Source of the DNA: an uncultured Pseudomonadota bacterium | Lineage (GTDB): Bacteria > Vulcanimicrobiota > Vulcanimicrobiia > Eremiobacterales > Eremiobacteraceae | NCBI GenBank assembly: GCA_963736005.1 | Contig: CAVTNB010000003.1 | Coordinates: 416,001-480,000 of the forward strand | DNA length: 64,000 nt | Direction of reading: 5' to 3' | Shown: piece by piece, positions 1 to 11,107 of the stretch | Layout of the letters: every line of letters starts with the position of its first letter | Numbering within the stretch: position 1 is the first letter of the stretch | Translations under genes and position numbers: made by a program | Notes under the pieces: generated by a model | The model's database searches: none | The model's input: only the letters and a program-made list of their open reading frames with translations | What the model was told of the DNA's origin: nothing

Positions 1-84
1 CTCGCGCGCGCGTGGATCTACAAGTACAATCGTGACCTTGGCCGCGTCATGGTGATCGAAAGCGGCGACTGGCACCACAAGTGA
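1..84 (+). CDS. 3' end of probable gamma-glutamylcyclotransferase (AIG2-like) protein, partial
   Basis: Own translation LARAWIYKYNRDLGRVMVIESGDWHHK*; AWxYxY...I.SGDW is the typical GGCT C-terminus. Confidence 0.65.
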   Translation, partial: LARAWIYKYNRDLGRVMVIESGDWHHK

Positions 85-88
85 GCCT

Positions 89-1378
89 TCATGTTTCTCC
101 GGGTTCCGCTGGGCCCGTGATCAAGCGCGCGCTTCGACTGTAGGTTAAGTATAAGAATCCCCATTCGATAAAAACCAGCAGCCGGCTCTGAAATTCAACC
201 AGATACATCAAGTGAATGAAGAGCCAGAGGAACCAGGCGGGCCATCCCCAGACATGCATGCCGAACACATTTGCCACGGCGGCGGAGCGGCCGATGACCG
301 CCATGTCGCCCCGATTGAAATAGCGAAATGGTGGAACGATCTGCTTTCCCCGCAGGAGGGTGCGGATGACCCGGGCGACATAGGCGCCTTCTTGAATCGC
401 GACCGGGGCGAGACCGGGCAGCGGTTTGCCCTCTGCTCCGGGTGCCGAAGCGAGATCGCCTATGACGAAGATATCCGGAAAATCTGGCACGGTCATATCC
501 GCGTTGACTTGGATTCGACCTGCTCGGTCGGTCGGCGCATGCGTGCGCTGCGCGACTTGCTCGCCGAATGCCGTGGGAGCGATGCCCCCTGCCCACAGAA
601 CGGTCCTAGTTGGCAACCGCGTTGATCCCTGGTCGGTAGAAAATGTCACGGAGCCGGCATCGATGTTTTGAACGCGAGCGCCGGTGAGCACTTCTACACC
701 CAGCCGCTCGACGAGAGCGCGCGCGTGGCTCGAAAGATCCTCGGGATAGACCGGCAAGACGCGAGGCGCGGCCTCGATGAGCACGATGCGAGCATTTTGC
801 GGTTGAATGGATCGGAAATCATGGCGCAGTGTTTCCCGAGCGATTTCGGCTAGAGCTCCGGCCATTTCAAGCCCCGTTGCTCCAGCTCCGACGATGACGA
901 ACGTGAGCCAAGCGCGGATGTCGTTTGCGTCGCTCGATCGCTCGGCAGCTTCGAACGCGTAAAAGATCTTGCGTCGAATGGCGGTGCCTTCTTCGACCGT
1001 CTTTGGGCACTGCGCCCACTCGCGCCACTCGTCGTGTCCGTAGTACGAAGTGTCCGCGCCGGTCGCCACCACGAGCGTGTCGAAGTCGATGCTTGCGCCA
1101 TCCTTGAGCGTCACGCGCCGTAGTTTTGGATCGAGAAACTCCGCTTCTCCCAGCAAGACGCGCACGTTCTGTTGCTTGCTGAGGATCGCGCGCAGTGGCG
1201 AAGCAACTTCGCCGGACGACAGTGATCCCGTCGCGACCTGATACATGAGTGGTTGGAAGAGATGAAAGTTTCGGCGATCTAAGAGCGTGATATCCAGCGG
1301 GGCCGATTTCAAATGTTGAGCCGCGCTGAGCCCCCCGAAGCCTCCGCCGATGATGAGGACTTTAGGAGGCGCCATCAC
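89..1378 (-). CDS. ndh: Type II NADH:quinone oxidoreductase (NDH-2)
   Basis: GGGFGG and GAGATG Rossmann motifs, FQPLMYQVATG, GD motif, C-terminal WLFIHL amphipathic helix. Confidence 0.9.
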   Translation of the reverse strand: MMAPPKVLIIGGGFGGLSAAQHLKSAPLDITLLDRRNFHLFQPLMYQVATGSLSSGEVASPLRAILSKQQNVRVLLGEAEFLDPKLRRVTLKDGASIDFDTLVVATGADTSYYGHDEWREWAQCPKTVEEGTAIRRKIFYAFEAAERSSDANDIRAWLTFVIVGAGATGLEMAGALAEIARETLRHDFRSIQPQNARIVLIEAAPRVLPVYPEDLSSHARALVERLGVEVLTGARVQNIDAGSVTFSTDQGSTRLPTRTVLWAGGIAPTAFGEQVAQRTHAPTDRAGRIQVNADMTVPDFPDIFVIGDLASAPGAEGKPLPGLAPVAIQEGAYVARVIRTLLRGKQIVPPFRYFNRGDMAVIGRSAAVANVFGMHVWGWPAWFLWLFIHLMYLVEFQSRLLVFIEWGFLYLTYSRSARLITGPAEPGET

Positions 1379-2439
1379 TCGCCGTCATAGTAGTCCAGCG
1401 CCGGCGCGGCTCGGACCATGAGTCGATCTCGGGTCGTCACCAGCACTTTGTTGGAATCCGGATAGTAGGCGACCGAACCAAGGCCCTCCATGCCCAGCAT
1501 GAACACACGACACGGCTTGTCGCTTCGATTGATCAGTTGATGGGCGCCGACATCGCCCGGTGGAAACGCGATCACGTCGCCCTTGCGGCACGTTATCTCG
1601 CCGCGCAGTGTGCGAACGACCGCCTCTCCCTCCCAGACAATGAACAATTCTTCTTCGTGCTCCTCAACGTGCAGGGGACAGAAAATCTTGCCTGGCGGCA
1701 AGGTGGTAATTTGATAGCCAAGTTTGCGCGCCCCGATCAGCAACCCGAGCTCGTGAAAAATGCCTTCGTATTTGCCGCCCGCCTCTGAAAAGTGCTCGGC
1801 CGGGGCTTCGTCGATGTTGATCCGATTGACGTACACGTCTTTGCGCGACTGCAGGCACTTGCCGATGATGTCGTCTGCGCTGCCAAAAAGGCACGCCCCG
1901 TCTCCGACCAGCAGGGTGTTCAGGCGCAGCGCCCATATTTGGCGCAAAGATAAGACTGCTTTGACGGGATCGCTAAGTTTTTCATCCGGAGGCAGGCGCA
2001 GCGAACCTGCTGGGTCTCCCCACAAGGCATCTCCCACGATCGCAGCTTTTCGCTTCGGCAGCGAGAGCGCGATTTCGCCCGGGGTCTTTCCGCCCTCGAG
2101 CGCGATGATAGAAATGCCCTCGGCGAGCTCCTCATCCCTCTTGAGCATCCGGTCCACCGGACCGCTGAGCAGTTTTGCTTCATGCTCGCCGGCCAGGATT
2201 TTTGCACCGAAGGCGACTGCGAGCTCGCGCGCTTTGCGTTCGTGATCGCGATTGGTGATGACGATTGTTTGCACCCCACCACGCTCGCGCATGAAGGCGA
2301 CGTCTTCCTCGTTGGTAGCGAGCGGATCGACGACGATATTGCCATCTGAGTGGCGCAGAAAAAATGAATTGAAGAACATGTTGCGATCGGCTTGCCAAAC
2401 CGACCACATGGCTGCGCCATCGAGAGCAAGAGCCTGCAT
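1375..2439 (-). CDS. MBL-fold hydrolase-like domain fused to C-terminal cupin domain
   Basis: VDP...ITNRDHER...GKTPG...VGDA...LVGDG N-domain; PLHVEEHEEE...GAHQLIN...YYPDSNK cupin. Confidence 0.75.
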   Translation of the reverse strand: MQALALDGAAMWSVWQADRNMFFNSFFLRHSDGNIVVDPLATNEEDVAFMRERGGVQTIVITNRDHERKARELAVAFGAKILAGEHEAKLLSGPVDRMLKRDEELAEGISIIALEGGKTPGEIALSLPKRKAAIVGDALWGDPAGSLRLPPDEKLSDPVKAVLSLRQIWALRLNTLLVGDGACLFGSADDIIGKCLQSRKDVYVNRINIDEAPAEHFSEAGGKYEGIFHELGLLIGARKLGYQITTLPPGKIFCPLHVEEHEEELFIVWEGEAVVRTLRGEITCRKGDVIAFPPGDVGAHQLINRSDKPCRVFMLGMEGLGSVAYYPDSNKVLVTTRDRLMVRAAPALDYYDGE

Positions 2440-2455
2440 GGGTACGATCCTCCAG

Positions 2456-2482
2456 CGCGCGCGAACGAATTCGCGCGACTAC
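2456..2482 (-). repeat. REP palindrome family A (GTAG-TCGCGCGAAT.x.TTCGCGCG)
   Basis: cgcgcgcgaacgaattcgcgcgactac; related copies at 21318, 29287, 32158, 35011. Confidence 0.75.
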
Positions 2483-2483
2483 A

Positions 2484-2864
2484 TCATAATGGGGACGTGC
2501 GCTTTTGGATTGCGCGCCGAATTGCCTCCAGCAGCTTCTCGGGTTCGAAGGGTTTGAGGACGCTGCCGTCGCCGATACGATCCATTTCGGCTTGCATCGC
2601 TTCGTCAATGCTTCGTGCGGTGACAAACACAAACGGCATCTCGCTTGTTTCCTTCCTCGCGCGAAGCGCGCCGCACAAGGCCAAGCCATCCATCCCGGGC
2701 ATCAAGACATCTGATACCACAACGTCGACTCGCTCCGTCTGCAACCGGTCGAAGGCCTCATCGCCATCTCTGCACTCGATCACCGAGTGCCCGGCGAACT
2801 TAAGGTATTCGCACAGGACCGAGCGTAAGAGTGGCTCGTCGTCCACTAAGAGTACGCTTGCCAT
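2484..2864 (-). CDS. Single-domain response regulator receiver
   Basis: MASVLLVDDEP...SDVLMPGMDG...VTA...KPF; start taken at ATG 2864, adjacent to the kinase stop. Confidence 0.9.
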   Translation of the reverse strand: MASVLLVDDEPLLRSVLCEYLKFAGHSVIECRDGDEAFDRLQTERVDVVVSDVLMPGMDGLALCGALRARKETSEMPFVFVTARSIDEAMQAEMDRIGDGSVLKPFEPEKLLEAIRRAIQKRTSPL

Positions 2865-2865
2865 T

Positions 2866-4920
2866 TTAGGCCGGCTCCGACACGGGGGCGTCAACTTTTT
2901 GTGCCCTGCCGACTTCGCCGGCGCGTAAGTACTCGATGGTGACGGTCGTGCCGCGTCCGACGTCGCTCGCAACCGAAATCGTACCGTGCATTGATTCCAC
3001 GAGTCGCGCGACGATGGCAAGTCCAAGACCGGCGCCCGACGCCTGAGCGGCCGCCTGGGGGGATCGATAGAAGCGTTCGAAAATATGGGGCAGATCGTCT
3101 TTGGATATTCCAATGCCCGTATCAGCCACGATGAAGCGCACGCGATCGAGGTCGACCTCGACCGTGACGTCAACGCACCCGCTCGCGGGCGTGAATTTCA
3201 ATGCATTGCCCACAAGGTTGTGAACCACGCTGCGCATCGCCTCCGCATCACCGCGAACGATGGCGGGCTTATCGCCGACGTGCAGCTCAATGCGAGGGCC
3301 GGCGGTGGCAAAGCGGCCAACTTCTTCAATACCGGACTGCACCACCGTCCGCAGATCCACATCCGTGGTCCTCATCGTGGCATTTGGAGCGTCCAAGCGG
3401 GCAATCTTTAGGAGATCGTCGACGAGATACGCCAACCTGCGCGTCTCCTGATCCAAGACACTGAGCAGGCGCCCGTCCTCAGGCGCCAACGCGTCGCGTG
3501 GGCCCAACTTCTCCAGCAAGAGTGCTGCGAGCATGCGCAATGTCGTCACCGGCGTTCGCAGCTCGTGACTCGCGGTTGCAATGAAATCGGCGCGCGCGCG
3601 CATTTCGCGCTCGATCAGCTCGTTGGCCTCGAGCAAGTCGTCGATGAGTCGCCGGCGCGCTGTCACGTCGCGCGAGACGGCGATCAGGGTGCCGGAGCTA
3701 TCCAAGCCGTGGCGCGTGAACGTGACGCCGGCGATATAGCGAGTGCCGTCCGCCCGTGTCCGCTCCATCTCTCTATAGACGAATCCTGATTCGCTGACTT
3801 CCTCCCGAATTTCCGAGAGCTGCCTGTCAGACAACCCCAATGCATCGATGGAGGACACTGAAGAGCCGATGAGCTCGCGCGCCGTGCATTGCAGTTCGCT
3901 GCACAGCGCCGCATTGACGTATGCAATCACGCCATCGGCGCTGATGCGCATCACGCCCTCGCGAACCGACTCCACAACGACCGCAAGACGCCGCGATTCA
4001 TTGAGGCTTTCTTCCAGTTCGCGGGTGCGCGCTGCAACGCGCGATTCGAGTTCTTCGTTGAGGGCTTGCACGCGACGGTTGATGTGCCCAACCACTTCGA
4101 TCGGCAGCACGATTGCCAGAACCAGCGCGAGCCATCCGAGCACGAACCACCACGGCCGAACTTCTGCGTGCGCAGGAGCGATGAGGGTCAACTGCAGCAC
4201 GCGGTCGGCAAAGGGGATCGGGAAGGTCTGCCGGTCGGGTTGATTTGCGTCGGCACCGCCAGATGCCACCGCGAGTAACCGGCCGCGGCCATCATCGAGA
4301 GTGAATGGTCCAGGCGCCGCCTTCGTGAGGTCACCTGTCACGAGAAGCCGCACATCCAAAAACTCGACAATCGTGCCGACGTCGCGGTCGCGTCGAACCA
4401 CTCGCGTCGCCAAGAAAAACTGGCCGTCTGACGCAGGCGTTAGAGGCGGCGCAGCGGCTTTTGGAGTGACATCGGAAACAGACGTTGCGCGGCTCAATTC
4501 AGCATCGAAGAGCGCAATTTCGATTGCCTGGATCTCGGGGCGGGAAACGCTGCGCTGGAGAGCGCCCCTTGGAACACCCAGTTGACCTTGGCGCCCTGCC
4601 TGGATGTGCGCCGTGTGTTCGTCGCTGGCATTGAAAAAATCCACCGCCATGATCGCATGATCTAAACTCATCGCGCGGCGAGAGTTGCGCTCGAAGTGCG
4701 GCGCGAGATATCCTTCCACCCCAGTCACGGCGGCAAGACTTTCCACTGCTGCCACCCGCTGGCCCAACCGTTGGGTCTCGCGTTCGACGACGTGCGCGCC
4801 ACGCGCGCGCAAATCAGCGGTCACGGTTGTTTCTTGATAGGCACTGACCGTGCGGAACAACGCGTACGCGACCAATGCGAGGACAATCGCAACGAGAAGC
4901 TGAGAGAATCGAACGCTCAT
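2866..4920 (-). CDS. Membrane sensor histidine kinase (PAS, HisKA, HATPase)
   Basis: Two TM segments, PAS-like region, ASHELRTP H-box, NLVGNALKF, DTGIG, GAGLGL. Confidence 0.92.
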   Translation of the reverse strand: MSVRFSQLLVAIVLALVAYALFRTVSAYQETTVTADLRARGAHVVERETQRLGQRVAAVESLAAVTGVEGYLAPHFERNSRRAMSLDHAIMAVDFFNASDEHTAHIQAGRQGQLGVPRGALQRSVSRPEIQAIEIALFDAELSRATSVSDVTPKAAAPPLTPASDGQFFLATRVVRRDRDVGTIVEFLDVRLLVTGDLTKAAPGPFTLDDGRGRLLAVASGGADANQPDRQTFPIPFADRVLQLTLIAPAHAEVRPWWFVLGWLALVLAIVLPIEVVGHINRRVQALNEELESRVAARTRELEESLNESRRLAVVVESVREGVMRISADGVIAYVNAALCSELQCTARELIGSSVSSIDALGLSDRQLSEIREEVSESGFVYREMERTRADGTRYIAGVTFTRHGLDSSGTLIAVSRDVTARRRLIDDLLEANELIEREMRARADFIATASHELRTPVTTLRMLAALLLEKLGPRDALAPEDGRLLSVLDQETRRLAYLVDDLLKIARLDAPNATMRTTDVDLRTVVQSGIEEVGRFATAGPRIELHVGDKPAIVRGDAEAMRSVVHNLVGNALKFTPASGCVDVTVEVDLDRVRFIVADTGIGISKDDLPHIFERFYRSPQAAAQASGAGLGLAIVARLVESMHGTISVASDVGRGTTVTIEYLRAGEVGRAQKVDAPVSEPA

Positions 4921-5116
4921 CGTATTGCCATCGAACGCCTGAGCTTTTACAACCTATGCAGCAGCGGACCTCCTGAGTCCGCTCGCGGGGCGCACCAAGA
5001 GGTGCGCCGCTGCAAGAACATATTTCGGGGCGGGGTCAAAAGTCCCGCGTTAGAAAAATCATTCAGGCAGCGTGATTAGGCGGGAGCCGGAAGATGCTTG
5101 GCGAACTTTGAAAAGT

Positions 5117-8100
5117 ATGGCTGTTCGCGCACAATCGAAAGTGAATCAACCTGTCACTTTGCGTTTTGAAGAAGGCGTCGGCCCCGAGCGCGGGGGGCCA
5201 CCACTGGGTCTGTGGCAAGAATCAATTCCGTCGCAGACCGCGATCGAGGGAACGTTTCCCAAACCAATTATCGCACAAGGCGTTGCGGCGTATCAGCGCG
5301 GTAAAGTTCGCATCCTCAACTTGCGCCGCGCCGATCTCGTCGCGACCGTCGCCGACACTGAGACGCACACCACCACGCTGACGCGCGATCCGTCGCGACT
5401 GCCACTGGGCATGCGCTGTAATTGCACGTGCCGCTACGGTTATGACTGCAAGCACGCGGTCGCCGCATTGTAGATGCTCGCGGAACTCGCGGCGCAGAAC
5501 ACCGAACCGCCAGAGCCCTCTCCGCCAACGACGCCAACCAACGGAGCGACCTCCGCATCCCATGTGAGCGGCAACGGCTCGGCAACCACGCCGGTTGCGT
5601 CGACCAACGGACGGCCGGTCAGTGAGCTCGGCGAATTGTTCGACTTGCTCGCCCCTCATCATGAAACGCTAGCCCCGCGCCGGCGCCTGTGGGTCGTCGT
5701 CGGTTTCGACGAACGCCTCGGTGTCTTCTACGCGCGCTTGTGTTTGGACGCGCCGAAACTGCACGGGGTCGGACGCACCCATGGCGACCTTCAGCAACTC
5801 TATCGCACGACGCGTCAGGCGAATCTCACGGGCGAGGAATGGGATCGTTACGACGGCGCCTTGCTCTCGGACGCTACTCTTGGCCCGATGTTCGGCACGC
5901 CGGCCGACTACGCGCTTGCCCGCCCCTCGTGCGAACAGACGCAGCGCTTGAGCAACAATTTCGCACAGCTGCTGTTGCGCTTGATCTCGCATCCGCGCGT
6001 TCGCTATGACGACCACTTAGGCTCGCATCCCGAGACCTTGCCGCCCGTGCGGATTGTGCTGTCGCCGCTCCGACTTCGGCTGTCAGGCGAGCGCTCCAGC
6101 GAGGGAGATCTGCAGCTGTCCGGTCATTTTGTTCGTCCCGATGGTTCGACGATCGAGTGCTCGGCTGTGCGCATCATCGATGGGATGCCAGCATGGCTTT
6201 TCGATGGACAGGCATTTTATCTCCACGATGGTTGTTTCAGACTGCGCATCGTCGATCGATTCAAGAACGTTGCGTCGGTGAAGCTATCGTCGCCCGAGGT
6301 GCCGCTGCTGCTCGAACGCGCGCACAACCTGTTAGAACGCGAGACGGCCACGGACTTGCTGCTCCTGCCGGAAGACATGGAGCCCCAGACGCTGGTGCGC
6401 CTGCGCTGGCTCGGCGATGGCATCACCGCCGATGCTGCGGTCGAAGACGCAAGCAGCGGTGCGAACTGGCCCATCACGACTGGCGAGTTTAGTCCTTTGC
6501 GGCGGATCGATGACGGCAAGAAAGACAGCGTGCCAAAGTACGCTTATTGCGATCCGGCAATTGCCGCTCATGTTCGCGCAAAGCTCGAAGCCCATGGTTT
6601 TCGTACCGTGGAAGGACATTTACGAGACCTTCAGGCTCGAACACCCAGACGATCCGTTGCCGCACTACGATGAGACTGCATGGCGGCTCGAGGGGACAGA
6701 CCTCGGCTACCAATTCGGCACCGAGATTTTGCCGGCATGGAAAACTGAATTCCACCTCGATCTTGACGAAACGATGAAATCACTCGTGGAGGGCCCAAAA
6801 GCCATCCACGTTTCTTTATCCGTGGAAAGCGCCGCCGAGAAAGCCAAAGCAAAGGCCAAGGGCAAGATCTCGGCAGCCGCGTCGGGACCAATCGATTGGC
6901 TCGAGATCTCAGTCGAACTCATGCTCGACGGACAACCGCTCTCACCAGACGACGTGAAAGCGTTGTGGCAGAGTTCGGGTCGTTTCTATCGGCTCGCAGA
7001 TGGGCGTTTCATCGATCTTTCGTCGTTTGCTTTGCTGCGCGAGGCCACGGGTGGCTTCGGTCACTGCCTTGAGGCGGGCGGACCGGTGCGCTTGTCTGCG
7101 GCGCAGATGCTCTCGGTCTACGACGACTTGGCGCGTGCCTGCGGCGACGCGGAACTGCCTCAACAGCTACGCGATTTGCGCGAGGCCGTTCGCGGGTTCA
7201 GCGGCATCGAGGAGGTCGACCCGCCGGCGCACCTCGTCAAGATCTTGCGCCCTTATCAGCGACGCGGTTTGGATTTTCTCGCTTATTTCGGCCGATATGC
7301 TTTCGGCGGCATCCTAGCCGATGACATGGGCTTAGGGAAAACGCTCCAAGTGCTGTCGTATTTGGAGCGGGAGCGCTTGCGCCGCGGCAGCGCGCCGAAC
7401 CTCATCGTTTGTCCGACCTCAGTGACGCACACGTGGCTCAGCGAAGCGGCCCGCTTTACGCCCGAGTTGAAGGTCAGCCTCTTGACGGCAGGCGCTGGGC
7501 GCGAAGCCATCTACAATGCCGCGCACACATTCGATTTGCTCGTCACGTCCTACGCGCTCGCGCGTCGCGATGCTGAAAGTCTCAACAAGATTGCCTTCCG
7601 CACCATCGTGTTGGACGAGGCGCAGCAAATCAAGAATCCGCAAGCAAAAATTTCCGTCGTCATCAAGGGCATTAATGCCGAGCAGCGTCTTGCGCTGACA
7701 GGCACGCCGATCGAGAACTCCGTGCTCGATTTGTGGTCCATCGTCGACTTCGTCATGCCCGGGTTGCTTGGCAACGAGAGTCATTTCCGCTCGACCTTTG
7801 AAACGCCGATCATGCGCGACGGGGATGGGGAAAAGCAGCAGCGCCTCGCCAAGCGCGTGCAGCCATTCATGATCCGCCGGCTCAAGACGCAAGTGGCGGC
7901 CGATCTGCCTTCGCGAACCGAGCAAACGATCGAATGCGAGATGACCGCATCGCAAAAGAAAGCCTATCGGGAAATCGTCCTCCGTGCGCGTCGCGAAATC
8001 TTGCGTGAGGTCGACGAGCACGGTATCTCGCGGGCGCAGCTTTCCATCCTCGCGGCACTCACCAAGCTGCGGCAGATCTGCAACCACCCCGGCCTCATCG

Positions 8101-8648
8101 GCGAGCATTGGCGCGAAGACGAAGAGGCCTCCGGGAAATTCCAAGCGTTCTTGGAGTTGTTAGAGTCCATCATCGAGTCAGGCCACCGCGTGCTCGTGTT
8201 CTCTTCTTTCACCGAAATGTTGGGAATCATGCGCGAGTCGTTCGACGCGCGCAAGCGGGCCTATTCGTATCTCGACGGCTCTACGAAGAACCGCGACAAG
8301 GTGCTCGACGATTTCCGTCGCGAGGATGGTCCGCCGGTTTTCCTCATGAGTCTCAAAGCGGGCGGCGTCGGGCTCACGGTGACTGAGGCCGATTACGTCG
8401 TTTTCTACGACCCGTGGTGGAACCCCGCGATCGAGCGCCAAGCGATCGACCGCACGCATCGTATTGGCCAGACCAAGCCAGTGACCGCGTATCGCCTCGT
8501 GACGCTGGGTACGGTTGAAGAGAAGATCCAATCGCTCCAGTATCGCAAACAAGCGCTGGCCGATTCGGTCGTTTCGACCGACACCGCATTTGCGAAGTCA
8601 CTCACGCGCGAGGATCTAGACGAGCTCTTCGCTCCAATCGCCGAGTAG
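5117..8648 (+). pseudogene. SWIM zinc finger-SNF2 helicase, interrupted by in-frame TAG (5471-5473) and a +1 frameshift (about 6598-6601)
   Basis: CNCTC..CKH SWIM motif directly before TAG-ATG; LRPYQ, DDMGLGKT, DEAQ, TGTPIEN, QAIDRTHRIGQ in ORF 6417..8648; removing one T of GGTTTTCG gives a continuous HGFVPWKD. Confidence 0.8.
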
Positions 8649-8670
8649 CTAAAAAAGCGCGTCGCGCGAC

Positions 8671-10047
8671 GTGACCGAAGCCGAATTTAGGAAACTCCTT
8701 ACGGTCGGACTCGACGGCATCGAGCGTTGGGAATGCGGCTTTCGCAGCTTCGTCCCCCACGCGAGCCTGGACGTACCGGCCGAGCAAGCGATTCGCGCCA
8801 TCGACGAGTTGGTGGAGCGACTGCATGAAAACTATCCTTTCTTTCATCCCGACTACGCCGGTCAGATGCTTCGTCCCCCGCATCCGATCGCGTTGGCGGC
8901 GTACACCGTCGCCGCGCGCATCAATCCAAACAATCATGCGCTCGACGGCGGACCGGCCACCGCGCAGCTCGAGCGCGAATGCATCGATCAAATCGCCGCG
9001 ATGTTTGGCTTGCGCGAACCATATCTTGGGCACCTCACCACATCAGGCACGATCGCGAACCTCGAGGCGCTGTGGGTTGCTTCAAGACGCAAGCCAGGCA
9101 AGGCGATCGTTTTCTCGGATGAAGCCCACTACACGCACGCGCGCATGTGCGAACTGCTCGGTGTGAAGACGATCGTGGTGCCGGTCGATGGTCGCGGCCG
9201 GTTGGATCTTGCCGCACTCGAGGCTTTGGACGAGCGCGATGACGTTGGAACGGTTGTCGTGACTGCCGGAACGACCGCAGTGGGAGCGGTTGATCCGATC
9301 GACGCCGTGGTGGCGATGGCAAAAAACAGGGGCTGGCGCGTGCACGCCGACGCTGCGTATGGAGGGTTCTTCGCGTGCATCGCCTCCGCACCCGCCGCGC
9401 AGCTCGAGCAGGGCGCATGGAAGGCGCTTGCGGGCTGCGACTCGATCGTCGTCGATCCCCACAAGCACGGGTTGCAACCGTATGGATGCGGCGCGGTGAT
9501 CTTTGCCGATCCCAACGTCGGCGCGTTCTATCGGCACGATTCGCCCTACACCTACTTCACCTCAAAGAAACTTCATCTCGGGGAAATCAGCCTGGAGTGC
9601 TCGCGCGCCGGCGCAGCTGCCGCAGCGCTGTGGGCAACGCTGCGCGTCCTCCCGCTGAACCCGGATGGATTGGGTCGCTCGTTGCTCGCATCCCGACAGG
9701 CTGCTCTTGCAGCGGATGAAGCAGCAACCGCCACCCAGGTTCTCGAGCTCGTTGTCAAACCGGAGCTAGACATCATTGCGCTCGCACCGATGAACGCGGG
9801 TGAACATCCGAAGGCAACGATCGTTTCCAAACGGAGTGAGAAAGCGTTCGAACATTGCGAACGGGATGCGTCGCCGCTCTTCCTTGCAAAATGGCGACTC
9901 CCCGAGGCCTTCGGACGTCTTGCGCTACCGCAGCTCCAATGGGATGAAGATCACTGCACGATCTTGCGCAGCGTGCTGATGAAACCCGAACACCTGGACA
10001 ACGCCGCCTCGATCGTCACGCGTATCGCCAACGTCTTGAAAACGTAG
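8671..10047 (+). CDS. PLP-dependent group II amino acid decarboxylase
   Basis: [31 protein letters not shown] (PLP lysine). Confidence 0.85.
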   Translation: MTEAEFRKLLTVGLDGIERWECGFRSFVPHASLDVPAEQAIRAIDELVERLHENYPFFHPDYAGQMLRPPHPIALAAYTVAARINPNNHALDGGPATAQLERECIDQIAAMFGLREPYLGHLTTSGTIANLEALWVASRRKPGKAIVFSDEAHYTHARMCELLGVKTIVVPVDGRGRLDLAALEALDERDDVGTVVVTAGTTAVGAVDPIDAVVAMAKNRGWRVHADAAYGGFFACIASAPAAQLEQGAWKALAGCDSIVVDPHKHGLQPYGCGAVIFADPNVGAFYRHDSPYTYFTSKKLHLGEISLECSRAGAAAAALWATLRVLPLNPDGLGRSLLASRQAALAADEAATATQVLELVVKPELDIIALAPMNAGEHPKATIVSKRSEKAFEHCERDASPLFLAKWRLPEAFGRLALPQLQWDEDHCTILRSVLMKPEHLDNAASIVTRIANVLKT

Positions 10048-10116
10048 CGGGCGACAAAATGTCGCGGGCGACTGTCAAGTCGCCCATTGTAGGGGGCGAT
10101 TGGAAAATCGCCCCCT
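10044..10116 (+). repeat. REP cluster: family C (GTAGCGGGCGAC..GTCGCCC) plus family D (GTAGGGGGCGATTGGAAAATCGCCCC)
   Basis: Visible hairpins; family C recurs at 17073 and 38850, family D at 14281. Confidence 0.75.
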
Positions 10117-10393
10117 CCCGTTGTGACCCGTATCGCTTTCACCCTTCATTTCGTCACGTCTCGACTGGCGGAGCGTCCTATTTCCAGCGATTCGCCGATG
10201 AAGTGAAGGATGAAGAACATGACTGAGTGCTGCGCATTTTGCCGTGAAACGATTGGTCAGTCGAAACTCTACGTGAGCCTCGGGCCAGATCTCGATCCTC
10301 ACTTTCCGATTTGCTCGGCATGCTATCTTGTAGCGGTGCGCCACGGTTACCAAGTCGTCTATCGAACGGCGGCTTAAAAGCAACCTCGTCGCG

Positions 10394-11092
10394 TTATTGC
10401 TTTGACGCGTCGATAATGATCACAGCTCGCTCATTCTTATTTTTGAAATCACCAAGGGCACCGACTGCGCTGCCTAACGGGCTCCCTGGCTCGACGAATT
10501 CCCCTGCGGTGTACCCCGAGCGCTGTTTGAGCTGAGAATCGATTCCATTGCGCAAGCCCTGCGGAAGGCTCTGGTACCTCGAAATGAGGGAGATAACCGT
10601 GCCCAGCCTCGCATTGGTCGTGGCCGGGTCCATTGCGATCACGACCAAGCCATGCTTTGCATTGGCCGTGTCATGGAACATGGCGAAATCGACGCCATTC
10701 TTCATCGCCACTGTGTGAATGGTGGACATACTCGCTGGTATCACCACGGCGCTGTAACCGCTGGGCGGCTGTTTTTCGTCTTGACGCAGCCAGTTCTCAA
10801 GATCCGCAAACGACGCGTTCGAGCCCGCAATCACTTCGTCGCCGCTATATGTCCCCGATCCAGCAGCGAAGACACCCGTTCCCATCTGCGAGCTATTAAT
10901 GGTTTGCGAGAAGGGCTTTGCGGCGATGACGCTCGCGCCTTCGATGAGTGGAAAATTGGTTGGATTTGTTGCGTTTGCCGCGGGCGTGGGCGGCTGTTCT
11001 GTCGCTTGGGTCCCAGGAACTGACGTCCCCTTGCTGCACGCGGAGAGGCCAACAATCGCAGCGGCCAAGAAAACCCACAAATGCTTCTTCAT
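10394..11092 (-). CDS. Hypothetical lipoprotein
   Basis: MKK + hydrophobic stretch + LSAC lipobox. Confidence 0.75.
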   Translation of the reverse strand: MKKHLWVFLAAAIVGLSACSKGTSVPGTQATEQPPTPAANATNPTNFPLIEGASVIAAKPFSQTINSSQMGTGVFAAGSGTYSGDEVIAGSNASFADLENWLRQDEKQPPSGYSAVVIPASMSTIHTVAMKNGVDFAMFHDTANAKHGLVVIAMDPATTNARLGTVISLISRYQSLPQGLRNGIDSQLKQRSGYTAGEFVEPGSPLGSAVGALGDFKNKNERAVIIIDASKQ

Positions 11093-11107
11093 AAGTACCC
11101 TCGCCTG

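Noticed and set aside
5471..5473. Genetic-code reassignment of TAG (e.g. pyrrolysine)
   Set aside because: TAG ends many conserved genes here at their expected lengths (acnA, solA, ada), and no pyl genes are seen
10117..10393. Short ORFs, including an MKAIRV start resembling quinone oxidoreductases
   Set aside because: The resemblance covers only a few residues before running into REPs; insufficient support
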